DNA of 64,000 nucleotides from a virus, in IMG/VR virus record IMGVR_UViG_3300017917_001839, positions 58,295 through 122,294 of that record. One strand, given 5' to 3'. Below the pieces are notes generated by a model. It made no database searches. It had not been told where the DNA came from and was given only the letters and a program-made list of their open reading frames with translations. Positions 29,301 to 36,342 of the stretch are shown here, piece by piece. How positions within the stretch are numbered: the first letter of the stretch is position 1; every line of letters begins with the position of its first letter. The translations under genes and the position numbers were made by a program.

Positions 29301-31720
29301 TTTTTAAAGTGTGGTAAGAACTCAGGTTCTGAAATTACATCAAAACTGTTATTATACGGACTTCTCCATGATAGGGGAACTTCATATTTGCTAATGCTAT
29401 CGTACGAAATTAGACCAATGTCACTTAGTGCAGAGATTTCAATAAAGTCACCTGCTACAAAATTAAATTCATCAAAGTCAATAAATGTAGGTCTACTTGC
29501 ACCGTAAGTAAAATCAGTGCGATTTACACCATTAACTTTAACTTCAATGTCATAGCCACTGTTCTTGCTTAAGTCCTGGCTTGGTTCGCATCCAATGAAG
29601 AAAGTCTTTGAGACGTTGTCAATATCAAATTGGTCAAGCGTATATGATGTATAGATTCGTTGTACAGATGGCTTACCGATAGTTTTCCAATCTGTTTGAT
29701 ATTCTTCGGTATCATCAATCAGCTTATAGAAAAAATATCCTTGTAGCAAAGTATCGTTTTCAGTACCAATTGGAGTGTAATAATATGGCTTTTGATTAAT
29801 TTCTGTAACAAAAGCTATTTCACTGCTGGCTTTGAATGGTCTGTAATATAAATTAAATCCTAATACAGTATCTTTGGTTGCTGAACGTGTAATCTGTACT
29901 TCGCTAGAAATATCAACTAAATCTCTGACATATCCAAAGATTCTATTGCCTGCAAAAGTTGCGTTTGGATACTTACCTGGATCAGCAAGATATACACCAG
30001 CATCGTCATAAAGATTGAATAGTGGATCTTGGTTAACAGATAACTTCTCTTGGCAGATTGCTAAACCTTCACCGGTAAACTTATATTCTTTACCAATGTT
30101 AAATGTTCCGTTCTTAATCTGTACAACATCACCTTTGATTAATTCCCAAGGCACAAAGTTTTCGTCGCCGTCAACTGCGCCAGCTGGATTCAGCTCAGGA
30201 TCGCCAACACGTTGAACTTCAATAGTGTTAGTGCTGGTATTGGTAAATGCTTGATAGATAAACTTTGATATGCTTGGATCTTCGTTGGGGAAGATAATAG
30301 TAGCACGTTCAACTGGTACGTCGTCAATTACTAAACCGGTTCTACTGCCGTCAAGCTCATCTAGCGTTAATGTAGTACATGCAATGTTTACTGCACCAAC
30401 ACCTCGAATACCATGATTGTATAATTCTAATCTGTGATCAAACTCGATAATAGGACGCTGCGCACGATATGCTTCGCTAGGAACAGCTTGCCCAGCATCA
30501 ATGAAATTGTTTTTGTGGTACCAAAAGTTTACACGACTCCATACGTTCTTGTTAGCTGCACCGCGGGCCTGCACAATGTAATCTGGTACGCTCTGTGATA
30601 GGCCGCCGCCCCATTGTAGGTCACCTTCGCCGTCGGTATCAGTATCTTTATCAAAGCTATATGTGCCACCTAGTAGATAATACTTGCCAGTGTTTGGGTC
30701 AACACCAGATTTAGCTTGACTTGATAAAATGTTAACATTGCTGCTGGTAATAGTGTGCATTTCATCAAGTATTACTGCACCTACGAAATCTTTACCAGTT
30801 TCACTTTCAATTGAAATTCGAACTTGATCGCTGTAATGATCGCCTGACGAATTAATAATAACAGATGTTACAGATCCGTTAGCATCAACTACAATGTTAC
30901 CTGTTGCAGGCGTAGACGATGCGCCACTGAACACAACAACATCGGTATTGCTATAACCTGTACCACCATTTAGAACAGTAACACTCGAAATGTTACCAGC
31001 ACTGTGACGTATATCTGGATCATCGAGTGAAATAAAACTTGCGTCATAAACATCGTCAACCGGTGTTGAGAATCTTGTGCTAAAGTTATCAACTAGTGGA
31101 ACAAGATAGATTTTTTCACCAACACCTTCAACAATGTATTCAATGTTAAGTTGACTTGATGGAATTACGTATTCGCCTGCAAACTTAATAACCATACCAC
31201 TGCGGAACTCTTTGCCCACAGGTGGTGTAAATGCGTTCTTACCAATAATGTCGCGAGTAATATCAATTGGTGATTCCAGCGTACCTCTAACTTCAATTGG
31301 TGTTGGGCCAGCTGGATACCAATAATATTCTTGATAATTGATTAGCTTATCGGCATCAATTGGTGGCATGAATACATTGTATTTTTCGCCAAAAATTCTA
31401 TTATGATTTTTAATATCAACGCCGTAGGTGGCTAATGATTCAATAAACTCATCGTAGAAAACTAGGTTTTCGCTTACGCCTGTATTAGGATTTATATTAT
31501 TAACCGTAGGTGTAACATTGTAAAAACGTCGAGTCACTGTAGGCTGTGGTACATAACTACCATTCACATTTACGTCATCGCTGGTCTTATTGCCAATAAA
31601 ACCTTGAATGTTTTCAACGTTTGCTTTGCTGAATAATTGCTCTACTGTGCTTTCAAAGAAATTCTTTGTAGCTGTAGTTTGCAATACCCCGGGTAATTTT
31701 TTATAAATTTTGTCTGACAT
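11384..31720 (-). CDS. Giant (6778 aa) virion structural/baseplate protein with YHYH-like and PA14-like domains
   Basis: Uninterrupted 20.3-kb ORF directly downstream of the gp6-like gene; GxGY repeats; FHYH...HSPIIGWAFDGLPIYGPYGY; FKTTSDDASWIWV...NGGLH. Confidence 0.8.
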   Translation of the reverse strand: MSDKIYKKLPGVLQTTATKNFFESTVEQLFSKANVENIQGFIGNKTSDDVNVNGSYVPQPTVTRRFYNVTPTVNNINPNTGVSENLVFYDEFIESLATYGVDIKNHNRIFGEKYNVFMPPIDADKLINYQEYYWYPAGPTPIEVRGTLESPIDITRDIIGKNAFTPPVGKEFRSGMVIKFAGEYVIPSSQLNIEYIVEGVGEKIYLVPLVDNFSTRFSTPVDDVYDASFISLDDPDIRHSAGNISSVTVLNGGTGYSNTDVVVFSGASSTPATGNIVVDANGSVTSVIINSSGDHYSDQVRISIESETGKDFVGAVILDEMHTITSSNVNILSSQAKSGVDPNTGKYYLLGGTYSFDKDTDTDGEGDLQWGGGLSQSVPDYIVQARGAANKNVWSRVNFWYHKNNFIDAGQAVPSEAYRAQRPIIEFDHRLELYNHGIRGVGAVNIACTTLTLDELDGSRTGLVIDDVPVERATIIFPNEDPSISKFIYQAFTNTSTNTIEVQRVGDPELNPAGAVDGDENFVPWELIKGDVVQIKNGTFNIGKEYKFTGEGLAICQEKLSVNQDPLFNLYDDAGVYLADPGKYPNATFAGNRIFGYVRDLVDISSEVQITRSATKDTVLGFNLYYRPFKASSEIAFVTEINQKPYYYTPIGTENDTLLQGYFFYKLIDDTEEYQTDWKTIGKPSVQRIYTSYTLDQFDIDNVSKTFFIGCEPSQDLSKNSGYDIEVKVNGVNRTDFTYGASRPTFIDFDEFNFVAGDFIEISALSDIGLISYDSISKYEVPLSWRSPYNNSFDVISEPEFLPHFKKFIEAQDGFAGDALSVNNFASSPKDAALATDIVHTDHSAILAAFLLDSQPHNLVEAIRFNSSEYQKYKNRLKSEISNYYNTYDISNFSNEYVLEQVLRNVTSFKVGKDVFNRTYVVPFGDNYVEETFVVNDRTASEFVSSTFANLDEIENSLLVYLKAGTSTTLLNVDSDYTITSFNPITVEINRSSITLDLGNTVSLKIYDSERDSAQCPPTPSILGLFQLYQPTIDTDYSFKEPINVIIGHDGSRTPALGDRRDELLLEFEKRIYNAAKSQFRLANSLPELNRTSVKPGAFRNTGFEYKEWYDLMRYHFATWTAANRVDPIVNEFFDADDSWTWNYRGNQDIGGYWKGWYDYYYDTFRPNTNPWEMLGFTEQPSWWVDQYGTDYSSNNTAMWDDLEEGIIRQGTRENYSNGRYLENNPFRRIGLHQVIPVDANGELISPYNLISTGSTTKTEAWRNATANASLGYATNSFLEFDGINVSFDSSNIYVEGRALVNHDLDLHPNFVGHSEIEEQDVSYVIPRIVSETETTMPDYAVAVMVNGIAYYTPRSTKTWNDEGEWHYNNGNVTDFNEFTTYSHSTVNGLFHYHNISPEIVGLTEWDSTEHSPIIGWAFDGLPIYGPYGYKDPLDSTSEIVNIKSPFRLRSGVRQTGPGGAHTGMFVEDFDLDQAIENKPGYANRYNTRYGVTPDSPSTPIRYYVATIDDSGKPMFPYAVGGGTQAHSTSTAVWGNKYRALPVDVVNNTINAAPVPTSGLTKAIDSDKIIENSYTDAISADWKFGDGAPVEISWRYSEDYPFAVAEALLLGKPAQFATLFADPTRIERTVANPDFIVEKETRARWQWSRPDHFRVHGEVDTAGNFITNIGYTQFINSWLNFQGLTINNSFAYKLRTLNVKLGHRFAGFVDKDTMILRTDQYSSSGNATSLIVPPENINVVIHSSPYKTRNFYSGVIIEKLEDGYKVRGFDRNFGYFLTLASDVSGPREKVSVGGEPANFVDWTPNISYKQFSIVRYQNSYYRAPTDIAGSATFDKSKWTRLSALPQVGAATGVLYQETTGELVRVDYETKFTTTDELFDFLISLGRYQKSVGFSFGEYDSSINAVRDWAYAAKQFLFWVTGNWEIGNTLELSPMATNVTFSTDLGFISKLNRVDRDQFVLMDAEGAVISPTECEIVREDNRIEIAPPAGRQIYSALIYTQEIEHAMTIDNLTVFNDVIYDPTINQKHSRFKLKAKRTANWDGRYITEGFVISGDELKPNLDNLAGTISRYNELGFVPVDKQIYQVARAQFGYQDKEYLRELDITDDQQVDFYLGMLQSKGTTTSLGRIARSNAIVQGNVTVYDEWALRVGDFGDTENDQSIELKLEKSEFLNDPQLITLAFPEDTTNIVEKIEVLERKHKYYSVPQIVISPPTSTGGIQATAEATLNSDGELGSITVTNQGYGYGTNPDQPIVGLKVIAGYVLADTVATKFNTVTALSSNSWVDTTGLTSIEITDHFGNANVVVDLSSVTSADELVSTINSAAGLGGNIVASVYRTDTDISGNADIDIGYTLGLSGNDFSIVNADAGLYLTSGRYQPRQRYAIETATNITSENILVSVDKNFVAGTNWVYDAGDRWSINTVSVADENQSLTLNLNTGTENDSTTIAAENIVLTDGQYPFVDVFVNGVKINNEPSQVLFSLTSSSITFTNISLLPKTVLTPAFDYTQSPPRTKYILPAQSVIKIVEKATVDFTDAYQGDVPGASLEIVVFTTDSIAIKLGTKRIYEITPDAKDDDVILIDIDDTERFLKKPLGVREHNLWPTTSDVDYSGIIDSKYPSIPNAGYVNPANVNFMSYDVASLPDLFEDNIIIKPSGNSYIHVAVSEDNDWNVYKLQPAGGLTYLADYAGDAKLYTTESLFNYIDSNQIGENDTTRYLDFFLTLKNANVSDNVVVWTNETIIKQNELNILDVEAPRMIEARIKSIGPHPTARIAITDIKPVSTYSYKNATISAADANNIVTVSGISIPTLAEGDAVSFNDAVGNTYTYSANLTYNGAGNVTVGSSNVAYVTASGHVTLTFTGNPTANNKQYYVESVNVVGNSFVVRSDYFANANVVAALSNVEYSVTAFEDFGDSNTYFTVSNVTPISFTVERPGTTARTVDVYHMTLSKLFTADAHGLQTGDVIRVASTAFSGAYNVRSVPTANSVVIAAPFFETENFSGNIITRGIQITTISNHGIQPIYARKKKRIAVHFADPKQYNQTYFIDSITPNTINILGRYPVDDTTYYYYDEKIAYANADANVVTVDAGMNLNDVTVMYLSNSFLVAKNMYTVEADGNVVFNNDILNEDANVSTGFIIAREPENVFNGRYPILTTIDHNKVKLNNSEIQIDSFNNLGGLATSINRAINLRRSAIVADGDQRVFKMGFNFLKDPQTPVSVSDTSSVKIPAGAINNYGPYVRDQQVINTAIGDNVKIVGKIPLSTNIEKVVDKGFNKGPIPKGPTYGFTYERDGQLYVWNPLIEDYTKYNVYTTEGDASLDATGPGNTATSDGTDSDTGVNPDGEDNEALETSIPVLPQGHDPNKPKLRIIPGSAEADPAVSTTMGVKWRGYVMKNPDGTDYTRTFSGVPGSGTYTGPRWRLKTSGEFIYEVYELVQNSAGKVYYILVDRVYPPAVAHNFFGTVNAYNDFDGLPLENLYYIANIRPYNPNQVDTVSANPNKYTINIPPVEPAWYVGKQLIPEPFARENGNGSDAELNFANLPQPMMIGASTVNDETRIAVNGNGMNTFLMWTPGLTPGQWVPDPKGPGSLIGAYDAPTYWGFGRGYYTENDGHRPDSERSPVTTAGAYPGKSVNGWTTRQQRFKYSNDFTVSPVINTREDNFVDSIVPPSDYSNAAITGLRPEEIFIACFWTEPHTYVNQLVGYDYKNVDSNGNPTPIYRDYEGTVTRVKYIRLTELPFDAVLRRPIPDTGWGGKGWKNGITDTTLLPTDPEFNPQFGDAENPWNAFDPTTPAVGGSTGDDDENDATGGTSTTTPAGAGTPPGLGTGFGRGFDPQSIPSVEDVPAVGGADNTPPAPIIHGGALAGLPTQCDIDQSNIPIPEVNVDTSNIPCFLRDSEEVLGLETEKNKDARSTQGAQVNETFVYKIVGNNPFMVFFDFSSAGTLANGITIEQAEDEAFTKGVQVVIDTSSTGTNKNVDDGEQIGVYGIDIVPGFGRSFVPMVNEAWFVDTEQVYANPVTYNAEIAALAVGPAGNPVGVKGYGFISRRIDCRKGEFVRVTVHKGVGNTVGTYRLAMYFTKRYERVVEPPPPPGCENATRGSRRFKDGAIIDKYVFSDAKTKNNKFLGLSFGGLFGKKSPGKDDGYFGNGAKGPLRNQGDNIYYPYQAHPTYKNQSGYSAKTADPNSANANGGLQESTQATTVAIASMEEYCTYEIKGYYKASATGTHTFKTTSDDASWIWVSDIDDTKPLEEKYKQDGHRPDDKRNYNWTNATVANGGLHPPASSTGTVSLEAGKYYFLRGVFGNNKKGGSFTLEVQPPGTSTFAPVEFTGRLCPGDPGYQDPSTSTGSTGTTTTGTTTGGTTGGTDTGTTPVTTPGGGGGGGDRQVTVPLTFDSPIYNPISTGGYTTSFGITGDTLSGVTGTSILTDRSSLVTPSMLDSSATLAGVQTSGFTGTGEGALITRLSAETQGLLTGGTGGGFISDVGRTIGGAADFVGGLAGDAFDLVGDVASAIGGGLKNIWEAIFGTKKNFSGYSSPSLTGYNFMPTTFKAINSNAKVVGPQRYGFEIPLRKDRYVNATSQRVTGGFVIPLAKKLEVVSRAPRPLNSVNIQNEPWFRSVAASLDKTMRGVVYQPTKISSTYYLPDGSTAIRNVVQTGPIAGRTGFDVTGTRSVIDRIGGNSYSNEQIGGVIPGQRGMDTVTLTPDLGDGVDFVPGVGVPPGSGGGTGGGGGGNPPVNYDNLGPSVPVPWEYLPVDTDEIEFSVVPTINITPLGLDDTGAYVRAGQPAVAPIARPTPSATISDEDLLGVQDNSEMYINDRKIIFRPGKSIKDIAAQINCANMGVKALIDTSTNQLKINSCTDAGFAVKNGCAGGRYKQVADFHIVRGFEQQRNTSQTISNTDVSLISTSSYNSEDQVYQPKTYSRYYKNDDGELINLNNDVTVGTSSTDGAFIPSQNISNTTTSVYATGGKGYRIGDRLRLVGGTPVNSTIGPLTTICIDEPGVGYTNAANLKIIIGDGNSPGIGASAIVTQLNANGGIAEIQMLNYGIGYDIAEPPPISVVDVGGQSSQSYITLDAANPSGTYSRNTVVLAQISRELPGGRIELDEKFFRVTANSVTFGNVYTDSASLTLSPVITTGNVSARNDEVTITTDPSIIALAQQPGYVTILCDETNATANLLNDKVFLITSINTSTNQIKIKDAFFGNANASFSANIAALTNVEVSVVEPFSSRGMTEVIDPRIGKVDAVLSAKVALSPDFVKTGDPSTAVANAFVEGFTSAAGPVRVAKFVVTGVDGEGAITSLKIIDRGLYKIFPADLTMGIPLEYDFEYLGNSPLPDNILGYADPIRDNAQYGPGHPVYAGAPFGGTKHPDWVGFREVRFDSKTRTFVEYQGTPGGYDPLTYVEIGGQKLSKQYAIDLNPLSPDYGNYVNPLELGGGTGARVFITSQDVPDCSEKSSAREDLGLPELVSDVNVPDALATMLNNALTGAGYSPDDIRFEVDPIGPGVGRLNLVSPKYPGVNIDTNNPGFLDKLGIPVGDYNTGMLCIQATISTPNPTEAEIDSTINNLYNTGAFGALTLEQQAELVGSQGAIEAPQVLSLLCVNTIEEWGWPGTPDKVVPGTNVNGGKPPSEDIKTYITDDLADPENGIPGDVTEDTSANNKFVDLTGALENNTADLIPNDGRFSESGTGDIGNLLFTGEVYRYDLQTIFGGRVTLNGSKQYNNTYVFQSQRFANETQLLNPVTGALDLTDFPKAWVDNYGGNGWAFFDNANVTPVRVQEPMVDVEYVKNSLVYDRENGDKEFDLHFWDPFKGVLPGFMRNEIHFITEQDPVSYNNARTNFGRNNIGKVWWDTSTLRYMWYEQGSNRERWLNWGRTFPGSTVTVCEWVESKVLPQNWTGDGTPRWVDRYVTERHWNDAEQKYEQYFYYWVQNRSKLDDRLTNIGRKLDVLTVARYIANPVGYGINLINFVSSNAFVLSNVATNLREDENIIQINLSRNLNPEGMKHTAWKLMREGDNNSTVPEHLTDKLIDSLCAENAIGQVVPDPLLSEVERYGIAFRPRQTMFKDIKEARRVLRSAINEILADIQLESNYSGWDADLPETLNYVERVTWYAVERIDLSTNTKIRYNSSYKPVFNVSSVSELEIYKNVNDGTVVQVNDPTGSRHQLWMYVAANDEYKLIAIKNETVRLSDRLYSDDTTAEMSDELRKFLQALVDTVFANNEYWNVVFFEMLKYAYAEQRQLSWAFKTSYIYIEKEEEDLIPTVGFKPDNFSKVIEYMNEVKPYTAKIREYKDGKRAPIEYIGQNSISDFDKPAYADRSTNTIRVLDDFDADDATIMANDPRYANYYSITNKAQLPFRHNNTKLVFDRTNWQLTQFGFNADTTTYNQSIAWNMANINSMSNADVGANSYLRAADRIFKFDPVVRAAFEAEVNNHVSQTYTGVTFAGSNTSITTNATLMYDIINSGNLDITLALVKEKVGGGFRGDTLDANVFTKFVEGFDSTTDLLTNFGYDTDPWDTVGWDQNIEVVNYEGIFSEATQGNITLRRNDTTYEGFDGATFKKILYGEERPEELALLDPLESLIMRVTTSIYPIGNSNTVIASTPINSTASNVTYQVHQNLFGETEYLRVLDNTQTKLAANVYSYSTEITVVDASILPEPKPGLPGIVWVGTERVLYERKVGNTLSLLTRGSAGTTAQDWIITDLLGNSVDVEVWNGAETETFNNLNPAANIWLEIGVRYNDPTPYDTIGWDSAGFDEATISGQTAISLTDRANADFANVTSLMKFVHNI

Positions 31721-31731
31721 TCTTACAATCC

Positions 31732-34700
31732 TTAGCGATCAGTACGTAATGTTTGCGAATTAATTTTTTCTACTATTTCAATATCGTTTACTGTGGCTGT
31801 GCTTAAAAACAGTTCGTTTGGTTCAGCTTTTACTTGGAATAAGTCACCAAACTTGCCGCTTGAGTTCTTTGGTAGAATAACGATACTACCGATGGCGCTG
31901 CCTAACTGTTGGTGTACATAACTACTCAATTCAGTGAAGTAGAAAGTTTCACCAAATTCCCAGTTAGTTACATCAAAGTAATTGTTAAAGGCTGCAATGA
32001 TTCTTGTTTTCAACTCGTTGTCGCTGAGTTGATTTGATAGTTTAACTACACGGAAACGTGCCTGGAATTCAGCATCGGCGTTTTGTCCAAACAATGGTTT
32101 GAACTTGGCACTGCGGAATACTAGACTATCGCTGGCGCTCTTGTATTCATTGAGATTTTCAAACTCAATGCTTAACTCAGCTGATGTTGGCTCTCTTGGC
32201 ACTGCTCGACCCACAGGCTGCGCTTGGTACGCAATGATTTCGTTATAATAACTAGTTGTAAGTACAATCATTTCTACTACGTTACTAATACTTGGGTCAA
32301 TTCTCACATCGCTTGGTGCTACATGCTGCCAACGTATAATGCTTTGTTCCTGTGTTAGGCTTGTTGTGTTCTGTGTTGGGCCGCGGCCGTGTTTAACAAA
32401 GAAGTCGTTGGTTTGAATAGCACGTACTATATTTAAGTCAGTGCTACTTGGGGTCATCAAATAACAGGCGTCTTCTTCAACTGCATATACTTTTATACCC
32501 ACTGCGCCGCCTAGATTATTTTCTAGATACTGTTCTACAATGCTTAGGTTCTTTACTAGAATCCAATCAACTGTGCTTAGTGTTGTATTGCTTACATAAC
32601 TACCAGGACTAATAATATTTCCTGTAAAGTTTACAGAGATTGAATTTTCATAACGGTAATCTAGTATTACACCACTAACTGGTTTATCATAGCTGTAGCC
32701 GTCAAAATCAGTATAGTATTCAAATAGCTGTAGGTCATCAGCATCAACATATTCAGCAAACTGTAACGGTCTGTCTGGGACCAAGTCGCTGTCAGTGTCA
32801 TATGGTGCAACAACTACCTTACGTGGATCTGTATAGCCATCGGCGTATTTGTATACGTCAACTACTTGCCAAACAATATCTTTGTCTAAACTTTCTTTGT
32901 TATTTAGATAGTTTAATATTAACTGGTCTTTGTATACAATACCAGTACTGTCAGCTGATAAGTGATAGATATTGTCTTGTAAATCACTGTAAATTAAATT
33001 ACCTGTCTGTGCAGAAATATTGCAATTTGCAAGATACAATCTGCCGGTGACGCCGGTATTCAATGCTGAACCATTTTCGCCGTATGAATAAACAGTAGTG
33101 TTACCATGGAATATTTCTAGGCCAGTACCTGCATCATTAAATAATCTATAAGTGATATTTCCGTTAGCATCAAGGATGTTTGCACCAAAGGTTGTATTAT
33201 TAAAAGGTATAACAATACTGCTTGGTATTCTTGAAAGCTGACCACTGTTATTTGCAATAGTAACGTTAGTGGTAAGGCTGCTTTCAGTACCATCATCAAA
33301 GTAAGTGTTTAGGCGAACAGTTGCTTCACCTACATAACGGTTACCACTTGAAGTGTTAACTATATCATTTAATGAGCCAGGTGCTGGATCAAAAAGTCCA
33401 AAGTTACTTTTCCAATTTACCTCAACGTCATTCCACTTAGTGCCGCGAGTGCGCAAAGGAATATTGGTTGCAAAGTTTGCTGGCGTATACAGAGAACCAT
33501 TTTCTTTGTTTCTCCAGTAGGTAATATTATTTTTACGGAACCACTCAATTGTTTCTGCACTACCAGGTTTAGTGTTTAGAGTGTTGAAAGTAATCAAATC
33601 GCTTGATGATTTGTTATTGCTGTCAACTACTTTAACATTTTTAATATTGTAGAACTTTAGTTCGCTAACGCTTTGTACAACATAATCTTCGCCGCGAATA
33701 GTTACATTATATCTGTAGCTTGAATTGTTAATTGGGCTGTATTCAAACAGTAATAACCAGCTACTATCTAAGCCTTGGCTAGATGTATTTTCTGCATAAG
33801 CTACATTATAATCGGCAGTTTTATTAAGGTCTTTTCCAGCAATAACATACCAGTAGTCGGCTGAAACATTATATCCTAAGCCAAAAGTTGATTTGTTTCT
33901 AATAGCAGATCTAATTGAATCTGCTTCAGTGTTATTAAACAATTTTCTTAGAGAAGCAATTACTTCTTCAGCATACCAACTGTCATTAACTTCCTCGCTG
34001 AGTGTCCATGGGCCAACACTAGTAGTTAAACCGCTTGTTAGCGCACCGTTATAATCAACATTAACAATTCTTACCCACTTATAATCTTCTAAATTATTGG
34101 AGTTAACAAACTTAATAAAATTGTTAACCTTAAACATTGCTGTGCGTGGATCGTTATTTGTCATAACAACAGTTTCACCACTGGTACTAAATGTCTCAGT
34201 CATGTAACCTGTTTTACTTTTTCCGCTTAGTGGCAATGGCTTCCAGCGAACATTAAGTCGTGTTGTTTTAAATTTTTCTGATGAGAAATCTGTCCAAAGA
34301 TTTCTCAATCCATAATAAACAAAGTTATTAAGTCTTTGTTCTTTGAGGTACTGCGGGATAATACCTGCAACAATTTCTGCTGCGGTATTATTATCATTTA
34401 CAATAATAGTTTTTGTTGAATTTCTATCTTCAACATATAGAATAGCATCTTTGGCAAAAGTATCTACATTATTAAATGAACCTGTTGGGTCATTGATATC
34501 AATATAGCGACTGTGACCAGCGTGAGTTCTATTCAATGCCTTAATTTTAGTAATGTTATTACTTTGGCTTAGAGGAAATACATTATAATCCTGCGCACTA
34601 ACCATTCTGTTTTGTGCATAGTAAACTTGAGGCGCACGCTCTTTAATAGCTTCCAGTGACTCAGGTGGCAGACTGTTATTAACTCTGCGCTCTAGGCGGA

Positions 34701-35895
34701 ATGTTAGTGTAAGTGACTGCTCTCTACCACGAGCATCTTCATAAGGTATTGCTACACTTATACTACGTGCATCTTCTGGCTGAATAGCATAACGAGTAGG
34801 ATCGCTGGTTCTAAACCACATACGGAAAATGCCGTTTGGAATGTTACCAAAGTTTCCATCTGGATATTTGATTCTTACGCCACCATTGTTGATGTTTTCA
34901 ACAGCATATAGATTCTTAGTACCTAAACTGATACTGTTGTAGTTTAGTGTTTGACCAATAGTGTTTGGAATCTTTTCCCACTTGTTAAGTACTAAACCTT
35001 CAGTATTAATTTCCTGTAAGTATACATCAGTTTCGTTGATGTTTGGAATTAACACATCTTCAGTTCTATTTTCAACTGGCGTTGTATAGTTAAAATCTCT
35101 AAAGTCTAGATTTCCTTGTTTAAACATAACAAAGAAACCAGTGTTATTACTGCTTAAGCCTTTACCGTCATTGCGATAAATCAAATTAAACAAATTTGTA
35201 GGATCAGGATGGCGTTCGTAGAAATATCCGTTGTCAATTAAGTCTGGATTAACTACGTTAAATGGTTTAGCAGAACCATTGATGTTTAATGTAAAGTTAT
35301 ACGCCAGTGGTGACCCAATGGGCGTATTCATTTGATACAGTTCAGATGAGATACCACCAACTGTTCCACGTTTAGAAGGAGACGAAAAACGATTTGAGCT
35401 GGTCATTGCAGCATTTAGAATTGTAATAAACTGCTCGTAGCTTTGTGGGTTGTTGGCATCGTCCCAGTAAACTGTTCTATTGTTTAATGGGTTTCCTAAA
35501 CTGTCATTTAATGGCTGTGTGGTTCTAACGCTGGTTAGTTTCATCAAACCGCTAGCTGCAATGTTACGCTTTGGATTGTATCCAAGCATACGAGCTAGTT
35601 TGAAAACACTGTCACGACGTTCAGCAGTTTCTAAGAAGTTTTCACGACTGTTTAAGTCCATACGGAATGCAAGACTTTGGCTTAGATATGCTAGCATTTC
35701 AATGATAGCAATAAATTCGCTGCTTTCAATATAGTCGTTGAAATTCTCAGGGAAGTTAGCTTTTACATATTCAACTAAACTTGTTCTGATGCTGTCATAG
35801 TCATAGGCGCGAAAATTAATCTGGCTGTAGGCCTTGTATGCTACTTTCCAGTCTTCACTAGCAAATAAGTTATTTTGTCTGTTTACCAATGACAT
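31732..35895 (-). CDS. gp6: Baseplate wedge subunit, T4 gp6-like
   Basis: YDYDSIR...ENFNDYIESSEF...ENFLETAERRDSVFKLARMLGYNPKR; ESLEAIKERAP...QNRMVSAQDY. Confidence 0.8.
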   Translation of the reverse strand: MSLVNRQNNLFASEDWKVAYKAYSQINFRAYDYDSIRTSLVEYVKANFPENFNDYIESSEFIAIIEMLAYLSQSLAFRMDLNSRENFLETAERRDSVFKLARMLGYNPKRNIAASGLMKLTSVRTTQPLNDSLGNPLNNRTVYWDDANNPQSYEQFITILNAAMTSSNRFSSPSKRGTVGGISSELYQMNTPIGSPLAYNFTLNINGSAKPFNVVNPDLIDNGYFYERHPDPTNLFNLIYRNDGKGLSSNNTGFFVMFKQGNLDFRDFNYTTPVENRTEDVLIPNINETDVYLQEINTEGLVLNKWEKIPNTIGQTLNYNSISLGTKNLYAVENINNGGVRIKYPDGNFGNIPNGIFRMWFRTSDPTRYAIQPEDARSISVAIPYEDARGREQSLTLTFRLERRVNNSLPPESLEAIKERAPQVYYAQNRMVSAQDYNVFPLSQSNNITKIKALNRTHAGHSRYIDINDPTGSFNNVDTFAKDAILYVEDRNSTKTIIVNDNNTAAEIVAGIIPQYLKEQRLNNFVYYGLRNLWTDFSSEKFKTTRLNVRWKPLPLSGKSKTGYMTETFSTSGETVVMTNNDPRTAMFKVNNFIKFVNSNNLEDYKWVRIVNVDYNGALTSGLTTSVGPWTLSEEVNDSWYAEEVIASLRKLFNNTEADSIRSAIRNKSTFGLGYNVSADYWYVIAGKDLNKTADYNVAYAENTSSQGLDSSWLLLFEYSPINNSSYRYNVTIRGEDYVVQSVSELKFYNIKNVKVVDSNNKSSSDLITFNTLNTKPGSAETIEWFRKNNITYWRNKENGSLYTPANFATNIPLRTRGTKWNDVEVNWKSNFGLFDPAPGSLNDIVNTSSGNRYVGEATVRLNTYFDDGTESSLTTNVTIANNSGQLSRIPSSIVIPFNNTTFGANILDANGNITYRLFNDAGTGLEIFHGNTTVYSYGENGSALNTGVTGRLYLANCNISAQTGNLIYSDLQDNIYHLSADSTGIVYKDQLILNYLNNKESLDKDIVWQVVDVYKYADGYTDPRKVVVAPYDTDSDLVPDRPLQFAEYVDADDLQLFEYYTDFDGYSYDKPVSGVILDYRYENSISVNFTGNIISPGSYVSNTTLSTVDWILVKNLSIVEQYLENNLGGAVGIKVYAVEEDACYLMTPSSTDLNIVRAIQTNDFFVKHGRGPTQNTTSLTQEQSIIRWQHVAPSDVRIDPSISNVVEMIVLTTSYYNEIIAYQAQPVGRAVPREPTSAELSIEFENLNEYKSASDSLVFRSAKFKPLFGQNADAEFQARFRVVKLSNQLSDNELKTRIIAAFNNYFDVTNWEFGETFYFTELSSYVHQQLGSAIGSIVILPKNSSGKFGDLFQVKAEPNELFLSTATVNDIEIVEKINSQTLRTDR

Positions 35896-35901
35896 TGTTG
35901 A

Positions 35902-36285
35902 TTATCCTATAGCATCTGTGGCAGAGATTGCCTGTCTAACGTATTCAAGATATAGTGCGTCCTGGTCGCCTGTTTCTACATACTGAATAGTTACTTCAAT
36001 TCGTAATGCTTGATCTGCATAAAACATAATTGTCTCTACATGTCTTACTCTAGGATCAGCATCTATAATTCTTTTTACATCTTCTTCAATTTCAGCTCTG
36101 GTTAGTGTATCTTCAGGATTCATTAATAGATCCCAAATACTGCTACCATAGTTTGGTCTCATCAATCTTTCTCCCTTGCGGGTATAGAAAGTATTGAGCA
36201 AATCACGCTTAACAAGTTCCATATCCTCCAATGTATATGGAGCTCTAACCCTGTCAACTGTGCTGAAACCTTTAAATGTTACCAT
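35902..36285 (-). CDS. gp25: Baseplate wedge subunit, gp25/GPW family
   Basis: DLLNTFYTRKGERLMRPNYGS...DPRV. Confidence 0.88.
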   Translation of the reverse strand: MVTFKGFSTVDRVRAPYTLEDMELVKRDLLNTFYTRKGERLMRPNYGSSIWDLLMNPEDTLTRAEIEEDVKRIIDADPRVRHVETIMFYADQALRIEVTIQYVETGDQDALYLEYVRQAISATDAIG

Positions 36286-36290
36286 AACAT

Positions 36291-36321
36291 TATTTATCTT
36301 AAAAGTTAAAACTCGTTTTAA
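36291..36321 (-). promoter_or_regulatory. Putative late promoter ATTAAAA-N3-GTTTT-N9-GATAAATA
   Basis: Box lies 5 nt upstream of the gp25-like ATG. Confidence 0.65.
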
Positions 36322-36342
36322 TGATGCCTTAAAAACAGCCGG

